Shown: positions 21,195 to 34,784, counted from the first letter of the whole stretch. The stretch: DNA of 62,440 bases, filler included, from 16 parts of 16 records of this genome joined end to end with filler, not necessarily neighbours in it; one strand, 5' to 3'. A program made the numbers and translations. The notes: generated by a model from the letters alone, not told the origin.

Positions 21195-21463
21195 ACACTT
21201 TTTGATCTCATCAAACCTGCTTTTACACACCCCATGTGAACATGCGGTGCGTGCCCGTACCCTCGTTTGGTGCGGGCGCCACCTCATTTTTTTTCGCACT
21301 CCTCTTTTTCAAACTTCGAGCATCGACTGTGTGCGCATGCGCGCTGGCGATGAATTGAAAGCAAACGTTGTCACGAACAGAGAACATACATCCGGATGTG
21401 CATGCGTTGCGAGGCCGACAAGGCGCGCGCGTACGCACAGCCGCAATATGATCAATGTACAAA
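21195..21463 (+). other. ITS1
   Basis: Lies between the 18S end GGATCATTA and the 5.8S start. Confidence 0.88.
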
Positions 21464-21622
21464 ACAACTCTTAACAATGGATATCTTGGCTCTCGCAACG
21501 ATGAAGAACGCAGCGAAATGCGATACGTAGTGTGAATTGCAGATCTACGTGAATCATCAAATCTTTGAACGCATATTGCGCTCGGGGGTTTACGTCTCCG
21601 AGCATGTCTGTTTCAGTGTCAT
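21464..21622 (+). rRNA. 5.8S rRNA (ends approximate)
   Basis: AACTCTTAACAATGGATATCTTGG, CGATGAAGAACGCAGCGAAATGCGATA, GTGAATCATC and TTTGAACGCA motifs. Confidence 0.96.
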
Positions 21623-21975
21623 TATCCTTTCTCATTTCTCTTTGCTCTCGGGCGGAGCGGAAGTGGATACTGGGTGTCACTTTTGTGCGTTTGCACGCCG
21701 AAAGTGTCGCCTCAAAAGCAGAAGCGTCGCGCTGATTCGGTGCCGTGGGTGATTTCGATCCGTGTGTGCAGGTCTCGTGCCTGCATCCGTGCGTCATTCG
21801 CCCCTGATGTAGTGAACGGGACAACCGTCTATGTCGTCAGGGGAGTATTCGATATGATTTGCGCGTGGATCGGAAGGTACAATCCAAAAAGCCCTCGGTC
21901 ACCGGCCGCGAACCACGCTATGCCGCAGGAAACAAACACACACACTCACTCGTGTGTGTGTGTGTGTGTGTGTGT
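21623..21975 (+). other. ITS2 (partial; 28S not reached)
   Basis: Follows the 5.8S; no LSU 5' motif before the gap. Confidence 0.8.
21936..21975. repeat. (AC)n...(GT)n microsatellite at the contig end
   Basis: ACACACACAC-TCACTC-(GT)12. Confidence 0.9.
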
Positions 21976-22075
21976 NNNNNNNNNNNNNNNNNNNNNNNNN
22001 NNNNNNNNNNNNNNNNNNNTTAATTAATTAANNNNNNNNNNNNNNNNNNNNNNNNNNNNNNNNNNNNNNNNNNNN

Positions 22076-23900
22076 GTACAAAGGCCATGTAACGGGGGGC
22101 AAAGCGTTCAATCTACCGACGAAGCTGCCGGAAGGTTATCACACGCTGACACTCACCCAGGACGACCAGCGCGCGCATTGCCGGGTGATTGTCGCCCCGA
22201 AACGCTGTTACGAACCGCAGGCGTTGCTGAATAAACAAAAGCTGTGGGGTGCCTGCGTTCAGCTTTATACGCTGCGATCGGAAAAAAACTGGGGTATTGG
22301 GGATTTTGGCGATCTCAAAGCGATGCTGGTGGATGTGGCAAAACGTGGCGGGTCGTTCATTGGCCTGAACCCGATTCATGCGCTCTATCCGGCAAATCCG
22401 GAGAGCGCCAGCCCATACAGCCCGTCTTCTCGCCGTTGGCTGAATGTGATTTATATCGACGTTAACGCCGTTGAAGATTTCCATCTTAGCGAAGAGGCTC
22501 AGGCCTGGTGGCAGTTGCCGACCACGCAACAGACGCTGCAACAGGCGCGCGATGCCGACTGGGTCGATTACTCCACGGTTACCGCCCTAAAAATGACAGC
22601 ATTACGAATGGCGTGGAAAGGTTTCGCGCAACGTGATGATGAGCAGATGGCCGCGTTTCGCCAGTTTGTTGCAGAGCAGGGCGACAGCCTGTTCTGGCAG
22701 GCAGCCTTTGATGCGCTACATGCCCAGCAAGTGAAAGAGGACGAAATGCGCTGGGGCTGGCCTGCATGGCCAGAGATGTATCAGAACGTGGATTCACCAG
22801 AAGTGCGTCAGTTCTGCGAAGAACATCGTGATGACGTCGATTTTTATCTCTGGTTGCAGTGGCTGGCTTACAGCCAGTTTGCCGCCTGCTGGGAGATAAG
22901 CCAGGGCTATGAAATGCCGATTGGCTTGTATCGTGATCTGGCGGTTGGCGTAGCGGAAGGTGGGGCGGAAACCTGGTGTGACCGTGAACTATATTGCCTG
23001 AAAGCATCGGTTGGCGCGCCGCCGGATATCCTCGGCCCGTTGGGGCAGAACTGGGGATTACCGCCAATGGACCCGCATATCATCACCGCGCGTGCCTATG
23101 AACCGTTTATCGAGCTGTTGCGTGCCAATATGCAAAACTGCGGCGCATTACGAATTGACCATGTGATGTCGATGCTGCGTTTGTGGTGGATACCGTATGG
23201 CGAGACGGCAGATCAGGGCGCGTATGTTCACTATCCGGTGGATGATCTGCTCTCGATTCTGGCACTCGAAAGTAAACGTCATCGCTGTATGGTGATTGGT
23301 GAAGATCTCGGTACCGTACCGGTAGAGATTGTCGGTAAGCTGCGCAGCAGCGGTGTGTACTCTTACAAAGTGCTCTATTTCGAAAACGACCACGAGAAGA
23401 CGTTCCGTGCACCGAAAGCGTATCCGGAGCAGTCGATGGCGGTTGCGGCGACACATGACCTGCCAACGCTGCGCGGTTACTGGGAGTGCGGGGATCTAAC
23501 GCTGGGCAAAACCCTGGGGCTGTATCCGGATGAAGTGGTACTGCGCGGTCTGTATCAGGATCGCGAACTGGCGAAGCAAGGGCTGCTGGATGCACTGCAT
23601 AAATATGGTTGTCTGCCGAAACGTGCCGGGCATAAGGCATCGTTGATGTCGATGACGCCGACGCTGAACCGTGGTTTGCAGCGCTACATTGCCGACAGTA
23701 ACAGTGCTCTGTTAGGACTACAGCCGGAAGACTGGCTGGATATGGCCGAACCGGTGAATATTCCTGGCACCAGTTACCAGTATAAAAACTGGCGACGCAA
23801 GCTTTCCGCAACGCTTGAGTCGATGTTTGCCGATGATGGCGTGAACAAGTTGCTGAAGGATTTGGACAGACGGCGCAGAGCTGCAGCGAAGAAGAAGTAG
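22076..23900 (+). CDS. malQ: 4-alpha-glucanotransferase (amylomaltase), partial
   Basis: WGIGDFG, ASPYSPSSR, LRIDH and IGEDLG motifs. Confidence 0.97.
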
Positions 23901-23912
23901 AGTGCGGTTGAT

Positions 23913-24000
23913 GCCGGATGCGATGCTTGACGCGTCTTATCCGGCCTACTAATTCATCCCGAATCGTAGGCCGGATAAGGCGGTCACGCCGCATCCGGCA
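23913..24000. repeat. REP/BIME pair
   Basis: GCCGGATGCG...CTTATCCGGCCTAC and the inverse GTAGGCCGGATAAGGCG...GCATCCGGCA. Confidence 0.92.
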
Positions 24001-24010
24001 GTCAGTGTTA

Positions 24011-25327
24011 TCAAATCACCATATTCAGCAGCAGACAGCCTACCAGACCGCACACCGAGATAATGGTTTCCAGCATCGACCAGGATTTGATGGTCTCGCC
24101 GATAGTCAGGTTAAAGTACTCTTTGAACAGCCAGAAGCCCGGATCGTTCACATGAGAGAAAATCACACTACCGGAACCAACCGCAATAACCATCAGCTCC
24201 GGGCTAACACCCGTCGTTGCAATCAGCGGTGCCGCGATACCACCCGCAGTGATTGCCGCAACGGTTGCGGAACCCAGCGCGATACGCAGTACGGCAGCAA
24301 TCGACCAGGCCATCAGCAGCGGAGAAATGTTGGTTTCGTGCATCATGGAAGCAATGTATTTGTCCACGCCGCTGTCTACCAGCACCTGCTTGAACGCACC
24401 GCCACCACCGATGATCAACAGCATCATCGCAATGATTTTGATGGAAGAAACCAGCGTGTCGTTAATCTGATCCATTGAACGACCACGGTTTAGACCAAAG
24501 GTGAACATCGCAATCAGCACGGCAATCAGCGTTGCCATTACCGGGTCACCGAGGAACTCCGCTACCGGCAGGAAAGCGTGACCTTTCGGCAGGATCATTT
24601 CGGCAATCGCACGCATCGCCATCAGTACTACCGGCACCAGAGAGGTCCAGACGCTGACGCCAAAGCTCGGCATCTCTTCTTCGCTGAAGGTTTTCGCGCT
24701 GTAGAGACCTTCCGGAATTGGCTTATCGATACCTTTCAACACGCGAGCGTAAACCGGACCGGCGAGAATCACGGTCGGGATTGCCAGAATAGTACCGTAC
24801 AGCAGGGTTTTACCCATATCGGCATTGAAAATGGTGGCAATCGCAGTCGGACCCGGATGCGGTGGCAGGAAGCCGTGGGTCACAGACAGTGCAGCCGCCA
24901 TTGGTACACCAACATACAGCAGTGGAATATTCGCAGAAGCCGCGATGGTAAACACCAGCGGCAGCATCAGCACAAAGCCCACTTCATAGAACAGGGCAAA
25001 ACCAACGGTAAAACCGGTCAGTACCACCGCCCACTGGATGTGTTTTTTACCAAATTTGGCAATCAGCGTGGTGGCGATACGTTGTGCGCCACCGCAGTCT
25101 GCCAGCATTTTGCCCAGCATTGCGCCAAAACCCATGATCAGGGCAAGGCTACCGAGCGTCCCGCCGACACCGGCTTTGATGGAGCCAATAACTTTATCCA
25201 GCGGCATTCCTTGCATTAATCCAACAGCAAGCGCCACGAGGACGAGAGCGATGAAGCCGTTCATTTTGAAGCGGATCATCAGGAGCAACAACAAGATTAC
25301 ACCGATAGCAACAATGACTAATGGCAT
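24011..25327 (-). CDS. gntT: High-affinity gluconate transporter
   Basis: 438 aa GntP family, PPHPGP and SHVNDPGFW motifs. Confidence 0.96.
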   Translation of the reverse strand: MPLVIVAIGVILLLLLMIRFKMNGFIALVLVALAVGLMQGMPLDKVIGSIKAGVGGTLGSLALIMGFGAMLGKMLADCGGAQRIATTLIAKFGKKHIQWAVVLTGFTVGFALFYEVGFVLMLPLVFTIAASANIPLLYVGVPMAAALSVTHGFLPPHPGPTAIATIFNADMGKTLLYGTILAIPTVILAGPVYARVLKGIDKPIPEGLYSAKTFSEEEMPSFGVSVWTSLVPVVLMAMRAIAEMILPKGHAFLPVAEFLGDPVMATLIAVLIAMFTFGLNRGRSMDQINDTLVSSIKIIAMMLLIIGGGGAFKQVLVDSGVDKYIASMMHETNISPLLMAWSIAAVLRIALGSATVAAITAGGIAAPLIATTGVSPELMVIAVGSGSVIFSHVNDPGFWLFKEYFNLTIGETIKSWSMLETIISVCGLVGCLLLNMVI

Positions 25328-25346
25328 GATTTACCTGGCCTTTCAT

Positions 25347-25503
25347 TTGTTATGGGTAACGTCAATTTTCTGACGACAAACTCTAATTATCCCAATCGGG
25401 AACAGAGATATTGCGGCACCACGACTGATACCCACTAAAACTAATTATTGTAGTCAGATGTCAGGAGTATGTTTGGTACCCATGTGAATGATACGGGTAA
25501 CAT
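25347..25503. promoter_or_regulatory. Two GntR operators upstream of gntT
   Basis: TTGTTATGGGTAACGT (25347-25362) and ATGATACGGGTAACAT (25488-25503) fit TGTTA-N4-TAACA. Confidence 0.7.
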
Positions 25504-25630
25504 CTGGCGTTTGAGAATCACCAGAGCGGGGTAAATTTAAATTATGAGAGGTTGGTCATATTATCGCGGGGAAACGAACCGAGGATTTGACAAAGCAATG
25601 CTGCGCCAACGTCTGGCACATGTTCAACGT

Positions 25631-25686
<56 letters not shown>

Positions 25687-26262
25687 TTAGTAGTAGGAGT
25701 GTTCGCCGCGCTGGTGTTCGGTGAGATCGCGCACACCTTTCAGCTCCGGGAATTCGTTCAGCAGCTGCTTCTCGATCCCTTCTTTCAGCGTCACATCGAC
25801 CATGGAACAACCGTTACAGCCGCCGCCAAATTGCAGAATGGCGTAACCGTCTTCGGTGATTTCCATCAGCGAAACGCGACCACCGTGACCAGCAAGCTGT
25901 GGGTTGATCTGCGACTGCAGCATATACTCCACGCGCTCCATCAGCGGTGCATCGTCTGCCACTTTACGCATTTTGGCGTTCGGGGCTTTCAGCGTTAACT
26001 GGGAACCCAACTGGTCGGTAACAAAATCGATCTCTGCATCTTCCAGGTATGGTGCGCTTAACTCATCAACATACGCGGTCAGCAGGTCAAATTTCAGGGC
26101 TGTGTCGGTGGCTTCCACAGCGTCCGGCGGACAATAAGAAACGCCACATTCAGCGTTAGGCGTGCCAGGGTTAATCACAAATACGCGGATTTGTGTCCCT
26201 TCTTCCTGATTTGCCAGCAGTTTGGCAAAGTGCGCTTGTGCAGCATCGGAAATACGGATCAT
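25687..26262 (-). CDS. nfuA: Fe-S cluster carrier
   Basis: 191 aa, GGGCNGC motif. Confidence 0.96.
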
Positions 26263-26320
26263 AGTAATGGCCTAATAGTTGACTATTTTAGTTGGTTATA
26301 ATACGCCCATCATCGAGGCT

Positions 26321-27812
<1,492 letters not shown>

Positions 27813-27840
27813 GTGGCTTTTGAAATGGCGAGACAGAACT

Positions 27841-28188
27841 TTACTGACTCGCCGCAGCCAACTCTTCTTCTGACAGCCCGGTAAAGCGCATGATGTCTGC
27901 AAGAGGAACTCCGGATTCAAGCATTATTTTGGCTATATGCAGGGCTTTGGATTGTTCCCCCTCCTGCCGCAATCTTTCCGCAATAGTCATTAAACTCTCC
28001 TTGTGTTTCGGTGAACGTTCGGCAACGCCGTCGATAAAATCGTTAAAACGTACAGCGTCGCCAGTTTGCAGTATGTAATTAAACAGCCCTTTGATTTGTC
28101 TGTCATTAGCGTATCCACTACTTAATAAGCAGGCCATTTGCTCTACCAGCCCCATCAGGTCGCGTTGACGAATATGTTTTTGAATTAA
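27841..28188 (-). CDS. rpnA: Recombination-promoting nuclease (YhgA), C-terminus (partial)
   Basis: KHIRQRDL and MTIAERLRQEG motifs; convergent with bioH. Confidence 0.88.
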   Translation of the reverse strand, partial: LIQKHIRQRDLMGLVEQMACLLSSGYANDRQIKGLFNYILQTGDAVRFNDFIDGVAERSPKHKESLMTIAERLRQEGEQSKALHIAKIMLESGVPLADIMRFTGLSEEELAAASQ

Positions 28189-28288
28189 NNNNNNNNNNNN
28201 NNNNNNNNNNNNNNNNNNNNNNNNNNNNNNNNTTAATTAATTAANNNNNNNNNNNNNNNNNNNNNNNNNNNNNNNNNNNNNNNNNNNN

Positions 28289-28362
28289 CCGGATAAGGCG
28301 TTAACGCCGCATCCGGCAATGGTGAACGATGCCTGATGCGACGCTCACGCGTCTTATCAGGC
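28289..28362. repeat. REP elements
   Basis: CCGGATAAGGCG...GCATCCGGCA and GCCTGATGCGACGCT...TCTTATCAGGC. Confidence 0.9.
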
Positions 28363-28377
28363 CAGGTAATCTGTCTT

Positions 28378-29076
28378 TTACATCATTTCAATCACATCAT
28401 CATCGCCAGGCTTACCGCCACTTAGCGCTTCGTCGAAATAATGTTTCGGAATGGTATAACGCAAGTGATCCAGGGCAAATTGCATACTGCGATTGTCGAT
28501 CGCATGGCCTAAATCCTCCACGATATCCAGCGTCACGTCACCACCGGCACTGATTAACGCTTCCTGCGCCGCAACCGCATGCGCCAGATCGATAACCGGA
28601 TCTTCACCGCCATGAATCAGGTGAATTGTCGTGGCTGTAGACGCAGTTTCCGGCAGGCTCGCATAGCGTCCGTTAAAAGCAATGACGCGTGAAGCAAGGC
28701 CCGGTTCGGCTTTAATGCTCTCCAGCACCATAATCGCGCCTTGAGAGAAACCGATGAGCGCCGTGGCGTTAGCCCCTACTCCGCTCTGTTTCTGCCAGTA
28801 GCGCACCGTTTCAATAAACGTCGGCATGATCGCATCCACACGCGCCTGGCGATTATCTTCCGTAATACCCTGCACCGAAAACCACTGACGCCCCGCCGGA
28901 TTACCGCTCGGCTCCGCGCCACCGACACTCACCACCAGCGCATCAGGAAACAGCGGTGCAAACCAGTTGCCTATTTCCCCCATTGCCACCGGGTTATCCC
29001 CGACACCGTGGAAAAGCAGTAACAACTGTTGCGCAGGTTTATCCGGGCTTTGAACAACAAAATGGTCATGTTTCAT
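28378..29076 (-). CDS. ypfH: Esterase
   Basis: HGVGDN and GFSQG motifs. Confidence 0.9.
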   Translation of the reverse strand: MKHDHFVVQSPDKPAQQLLLLFHGVGDNPVAMGEIGNWFAPLFPDALVVSVGGAEPSGNPAGRQWFSVQGITEDNRQARVDAIMPTFIETVRYWQKQSGVGANATALIGFSQGAIMVLESIKAEPGLASRVIAFNGRYASLPETASTATTIHLIHGGEDPVIDLAHAVAAQEALISAGGDVTLDIVEDLGHAIDNRSMQFALDHLRYTIPKHYFDEALSGGKPGDDDVIEMM

Positions 29077-29149
29077 GGCGAACTCCTTAACTGATGTCAT
29101 TAATTTTACGCCGCTGACTCACAATGACCATGAGATAAAATTGAAGGAG

Positions 29150-31165
29150 TCAGTGAAATAATTGCCATTGCGTTATGCGATCGCGCAGACGCTCAGTGCG
29201 AACATCATTAAGTGCGAACAGCGCCTGCGCGGCCTCTTCCCGCTGACGGACCAGTAACATCTTGCGGCCTGAAAGTTTAAGTGTGGTACATAACTGCGCA
29301 TCACTGGCGTTTTTCTGTAAACGCCCACGCAGCGCCGGTAATGCCAGTTCACTGGTTTGTAACAGACGCAATAAGCAACCTAACGACGTTAATAGCGGAC
29401 GATGAGCGAAAGCAAAACCGGCCAGTTCAAGCCAGTCGTCGTCAGAAAGGACGGCATCGTTTAGTGGATCAACAGGAAGCGTTTCGCCATTCCACTGCGC
29501 GAGAGCTTGCGCATCGCGACGTAAACGGTAATGCTCACGTTCAGCCAGCTGTTTACCCGCATCACTCATCGGTAACAGCGCCATCGCCGTATAGCAACCG
29601 CTGCTGGCTTCCCGATGATTACCCATCCGCACCAGCACAAAACCGCAGCGTTGCCAGAAACGCCATAACTCCCCGGTGTAACCAAAACTCACCGAAAGAT
29701 AGTCGAGGTCTTGCGTATATTGCAAAGCACCAGCAATAAGTTGCCGCCCTGTGCCTTCCCGCTGACGAGCCGGATGAACTGCTATCCGGCTGACCCGCCG
29801 TCCACGCAATGTCGCCGCCAGTGGATTGTTGCCGTGCGCCGCCAGCGACTGGGCCACCAGATTACCCCGCGGGCGACGAAAACCTGCCCATACCGCCTGA
29901 CTGAGTTGTTGAGATAATCCACCCTCATCCACCAGCCACAGCGCCCCGGCAATCTCGTTTTCGCCAGCCGCCTGTAAAAAATGTTGCCCTGGTGCATCCA
30001 TCATCCGGCGTAAATCCAGCGGCGAAGTCCGATAGTGCGCACCAGACAAGAGCTGATAAACCTTTAACGGCGTTTCTGGATCGCTTTGCCATAACGTCTG
30101 TTCAAATGCGGAAATGACAATATTGCCTTGTGGTGTATGGGTGAAGTTTTCATCGTCAAAAACCAGTGCCTCGCTGACCATTTTTTCCAGCGGGCATCCC
30201 TGCGCCCAGCGGATCGGCTGTTGCAGTTCAAAACGGTGTAAATGCGGAAAGCGAGCGCAAAATTTCAGCAAAAAACCACGTCCGGTGCCTTCGTAGCCCT
30301 GCACCGTAGTGGTTAACAACGTTCGAGGAAAACGCGATACCAGTTGATGCAACAATGGCGCAGGTATGGCTGCGGCTTCATCGACCACCAGCCAGTCGGC
30401 TTGCTCATCGCTGGCTAACAAGGCATCCGGCGCAATAAAGCGAAACTTCTCGCCCGCAAATTGTGCCAGTACATCCGTTGACGCTTTTGCGGGCGCGGTG
30501 ACAATCGCTCTGCCCGCAATACGAGAAATGAGTTGCCCTGCCAACGCCGACTTACCGCGCCCACGCGCAGCCGTTACCGCTGCCACGCCCGGCGGCATGG
30601 TCATTAGCTGCTTTAAGAGTTGCTGTTGTTCTGGTTGTGGTGCGCCAGTCGCGGGGTACCAGTCAGTACGGGGAGTAAAATGCGCCAACGAGAATGGCTG
30701 GTTTTGCCGCCAGAGGATAGCCTCGTTATCCGCCGTAAGTACGCGTTTGAGATGCTGGACAAAATGCGGCGTCGCAATAGGGTCAGGGCAATCACTCCAG
30801 CGCAGCGAGTCGGCATCAGGTTGGTTTTCCCACTCTTCCCATACAGGGAGTAACAAAACCAGCCAGCTTCCCGCTTTCAACGTTCCGCTAAGTGCGGCAA
30901 AGGCAGCGGCATCAAAGCCGTGGCGGGCGTCGAATACCGCATGCCGGAACTCGCGCCCAAGTAAAGTTTGTAGTGCCGAGGGAGAACAGTGGTTTTCAGC
31001 ATCTGGCCGCGGCGAAATCCACAGCCAGTCGCCAGGTAAGGCATCACGCAACTTAAGAGTATGCTCAAAACACCAACCCTCTTCCCCGCTCAACACCAGC
31101 AAGCGGCGGATCCCTTCACGTTTCATTTGCGCTGTTAATGTGTGAAGCGCAGTCAGTTCAGCCAT
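29150..31165 (-). CDS. tmcA: tRNA(Met) cytidine acetyltransferase
   Basis: 671 aa, ARGRGKS, DEAA, GYEGTGRGF, GNAT domain. Confidence 0.96.
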   Translation of the reverse strand: MAELTALHTLTAQMKREGIRRLLVLSGEEGWCFEHTLKLRDALPGDWLWISPRPDAENHCSPSALQTLLGREFRHAVFDARHGFDAAAFAALSGTLKAGSWLVLLLPVWEEWENQPDADSLRWSDCPDPIATPHFVQHLKRVLTADNEAILWRQNQPFSLAHFTPRTDWYPATGAPQPEQQQLLKQLMTMPPGVAAVTAARGRGKSALAGQLISRIAGRAIVTAPAKASTDVLAQFAGEKFRFIAPDALLASDEQADWLVVDEAAAIPAPLLHQLVSRFPRTLLTTTVQGYEGTGRGFLLKFCARFPHLHRFELQQPIRWAQGCPLEKMVSEALVFDDENFTHTPQGNIVISAFEQTLWQSDPETPLKVYQLLSGAHYRTSPLDLRRMMDAPGQHFLQAAGENEIAGALWLVDEGGLSQQLSQAVWAGFRRPRGNLVAQSLAAHGNNPLAATLRGRRVSRIAVHPARQREGTGRQLIAGALQYTQDLDYLSVSFGYTGELWRFWQRCGFVLVRMGNHREASSGCYTAMALLPMSDAGKQLAEREHYRLRRDAQALAQWNGETLPVDPLNDAVLSDDDWLELAGFAFAHRPLLTSLGCLLRLLQTSELALPALRGRLQKNASDAQLCTTLKLSGRKMLLVRQREEAAQALFALNDVRTERLRDRITQWQLFH

Positions 31166-31179
31166 CCCTGCCCCGGAAG

Positions 31180-32043
31180 TTAAATGCTTTTACCAAAAGT
31201 ATTGCATTGTGCCGGATCGCCGCTGTCGAAACCACGTTTAAACCAGCTGTAGCGTTGCTGAGAAGTGCCATGAGTGAAACTGTCTGGTACTACTCGCCCC
31301 TGACTTTGCTGTTGTAAACGGTCATCGCCGATGGCCTGCGCCGCGTTCAGCGCCTCTTCCAGATCGCCGGTTTCCAGAACGCCTTGCTGCTGCATACTAT
31401 GCCCCCAGACACCGGCAAAACAGTCGGCCTGGAGTTCCATACGCACAGATAAGCGGTTTACTTCCGCCTGCGTCGCGTTTTGTTGCAGTTGACGAACTTT
31501 CGGCTCGATGCCTAACAGTTTCTGCACATGATGACCGACTTCATGGGCGATAACGTACCCCTGGGCAAAATCGCCATCCGCGCCAAGTTTGTCTTTCATG
31601 TCATCATAGAAGGAGAGATCGATATAAACCGTGCCATCCGCCGGGCAATAGAACGGCCCCATTATGGACTGGCCCGCCCCGCAGCCGGTACGCGTCATTC
31701 CACGGTACATGACCAGCTTCGGTTGCTGATAGGTCTTACCCATCTTCTCGAACTGTTGTCCCCAGGTGTCTTCCGTGGTTGCCAGAATCACCGAGGTGAA
31801 TTTTGCGGCTTCGTCTTCATTTGGGCTAATTGACCGCGTTGATTGTTGTTGGGAAACCGGCTGCCCGGTCATCAACCCGGTTAAATCAACACCATAGTAG
31901 CCTGCAACCAGCACGACTATCAGTAAAATCAGCCCGCCTTTACCGCTTGGCAGGCGAAAACCGGGACCGCCCATAGATGGACCACCAGAGCTGTTGCGCC
32001 TGTCTTCAACATTGTCACTTTCACGTCGCCCTTGCCAACGCAT
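31180..32043 (-). CDS. ypfJ: Neutral zinc metallopeptidase family protein
   Basis: [24 protein letters not shown]. Confidence 0.93.
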
Positions 32044-32210
32044 AGATACCTCAACAATATATTCATTATAGAAATGATCGTAGGTGGTTCAGAGGAAGAT
32101 TACCACAGGAAAGCGGGATGAAATGGCGGAGGAATGAGCGTTCAATGCATATATTCCGAGAGCGGTTGTCTTGCCGTGCCAGCTGCACGGCAAGATGATG
32201 AACAGAAAAA

Positions 32211-32924
32211 TCAGTCCAGCTGTACACCCAGGCGGCGGGCGACGGCTTCATAGGCTTCGATCAGGCCACCGAGGCTCTGGCGGAAACGGTCTTTGTCCAT
32301 TTTCTCCAGCGTTTCTTTGTCCCACAGGCGGCTACCGTCCGGGGAGAACTCATCACCCAGTACCACTTCGCCTTTGTACAGACCAAATTCCAGCTTGAAG
32401 TCGACCAGAATCAGACCAGCATCATCGAACAGTTTTTTCAGCACGTCGTTCGCTTTGTAGGTCAGCTCTTTCATACGCGCCAGGTTCTCTTTGCTCACCC
32501 AGCCAAAGGTTTCGCAGTAAGATTCGTTGACCATCGGATCGTGCATGGCGTCGTTTTTCAGGAACAGATCGAACAGCGGCGGGTTCAGCTCAATACCTTC
32601 TTCGATTCCAAGACGTTTCACCAGAGAGCCAGCAGCACGGTTACGCACGACACACTCAACCGGCACCATATCCAGCTTTTTCACCAGACATTCGGTATCG
32701 GAGAGCAGACGCTCCATTTGAGTCGGGATACCCGCTTCAGCCAGTTTGCTCATAATGAAGTAGTTGAACTTGTTGTTCACCATACCTTTGCGATCAAACT
32801 GCTCAATGCGCGCGCCATCCCCTGCTGACGTATCATTGCGGAATTCGAGCACCAACAGGTCCGGGTTTTCCGTGCTGTATACGGTTTTCGCTTTACCACG
32901 ATACAACTCAGCTTGCTTTTGCAT
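32211..32924 (-). CDS. purC: SAICAR synthetase
   Basis: [25 protein letters not shown]. Confidence 0.97.
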
Positions 32925-32977
32925 CTTTATCACTCCTGGGTGTGAATTAACGTTTTAAAATCTTTTGCTGTCTGGTG

Positions 32978-33017
32978 TGCCGGATGTTTTGTCGGATGCG
33001 GCGTGAACGCCTTATCC
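32978..33017. repeat. REP element at contig end
   Basis: GTCGGATGCGGCGTGAACGCCTTATCC. Confidence 0.85.
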
Positions 33018-33117
33018 NNNNNNNNNNNNNNNNNNNNNNNNNNNNNNNNNNNNNNNNNNNNTTAATTAATTAANNNNNNNNNNNNNNNNNNNNNNNNNNN
33101 NNNNNNNNNNNNNNNNN

Positions 33118-33195
33118 GGATAAGGCGTTCACGCCGCATCCGACATTTGCACAAGATGCCTGATGCGACGCTGTCCGCGTCTTATCAGGCCTACG
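33118..33195. repeat. REP elements at contig start
   Basis: GGATAAGGCGTTCACGCCGCATCCG and GCCTGATGCGACGCT...CTTATCAGGCCTAC. Confidence 0.88.
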
Positions 33196-33213
33196 TGCGG
33201 CATCAGACAAATG

Positions 33214-33411
33214 TCACTGCTTTGGTTCTTCGCTCCAGTCATCGCTTTCGGAAAGATCGCCACTGCTGGGGATTCGTTTTTCTTCAGCAGCCCATTCTCC
33301 GAGGTCGATCAGCTGACAACGTTTGGAGCAAAATGGCCGAAACGGGCTGATTTCACCCCACACCACCGTTTTCCCGCAGGTTGGGCAATTCACCGTAATA
33401 GTTTCTGACAT
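33214..33411 (-). CDS. yacG: DNA gyrase inhibitor
   Basis: CPTCGK...[15 protein letters not shown]. Confidence 0.95.
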
Positions 33412-33420
33412 TTTTACTCC

Positions 33421-34164
33421 TTAGCAACAGGCCAGTTCGAAATCCAGACGTTCCGGTACCTGTCCGTTTTCAGTGTCCAGCGGCATAAAACGAATGGCAA
33501 AACGGCTCTTATGTCCGGAAATTTGCGGATAAAGCTGTGAATCGAGCGACAGATTCAGGCGCAGCAAGTCGGCATCGCCACCGTTATCCTGATAAAAACC
33601 ATTCAGGCTGGTTTGTTTACGGAAGGGGGCCGACTGGCGAATTAAATCCAGCACCATGGTAAGTGCCTGGGTGAGCGGGTTCAGGCTGGCAATCCAGGTT
33701 TCTACCTGGCTGTCGCGCTGCGCCTGGGGTAGATGCAGCCAAATGTGCAATGTAGGTAAATCAAAGCTGCAACAGCCGCCTGGGATGCTCAGTCGCTGAC
33801 GCACCAGAGCAATCAAACGATCTTCACGCAGAAATTGCCCGATACGCGGCGCGGAAATTAATACGCTCCCCGCCGCTTTTAACTGCTGAATTAATGCTTC
33901 AATACGGCTCTGGTCCACGCCAGGCACGCCAATCCAGGTCTGGAGTTTACGTTGCTGCCGGTCAAGTTCTTTCAACAGCTCAGTGCGGACTTCGCCGCGC
34001 TCGAAAACATCCAGTAATTCACTGACATTACGGAAGAAATGCAGCGCGCCAGCGTGGTCAACGATGGGTAAATTAACGGTGAGTTGCTGAATCAAAAACT
34101 CAATGCGCAGCCATGTACGCATTTTTTCATTTAGTGGATGTTCAAAAAGGACCTGGGTCTGCAT
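33421..34164 (-). CDS. zapD: Cell division protein
   Basis: [16 protein letters not shown], 247 aa. Confidence 0.95.
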
Positions 34165-34784
34165 TACGGTTTTTCCTGTGAGACAAACTGCGACGCAAGC
34201 TGCAAATAGTGTGCGTGCAGGCGGGCAACATCCGATGCGATAGCATCCGGTGCGCCGTTATTATCAATGACGTCATCTGCCACGGCAAGGCGGGCTTCGC
34301 GCGTTGCCTGAGCAGCAAGGATTTGTTCGACATGCTCGCGAGTTACATCATCGCGCTGCATGGTGCGCTTAAGTTGCGTTTCTGGGCTGACATCCACCAC
34401 AAGCACTCGATTCGCTTTTTTATACAGTGAGTTTTCTACCAGCAATGGCACAACCCACAGTACATAGGGGGAAGTAGCTTGCTGGATCTGGTGTTGCGTC
34501 TCTTGCTGAATCAGCGGATGCAGCAGGGCGTTAAGCCAGTTTTTCTCTTCCGGGTTGGCGAAGATCCGCTCGCGCAAGGCCCGGCGCTGCAATGTTCCAT
34601 CAGCAGCAATCATGTTAGCGCCAAAGTGATCAGCAATGGCATGTAGCGCAGGTGCACCTGGTTCAACCACCTGACGCGCAATAATATCGGCATCAATGAC
34701 GTTAATTCCGAGATCAGCAAACGCATTGGCAACGGTACTCTTGCCACTGCCAATGCCTCCCGTTAAGGCAACTATATACCTCAT
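34164..34784 (-). CDS. coaE: Dephospho-CoA kinase
   Basis: [11 protein letters not shown]. Confidence 0.97.

Noticed and set aside
23913-24000. Palindromic repeats between genes as a novel element
   Set aside because: They are standard enterobacterial REP/BIME sequences; several contigs simply break at them.
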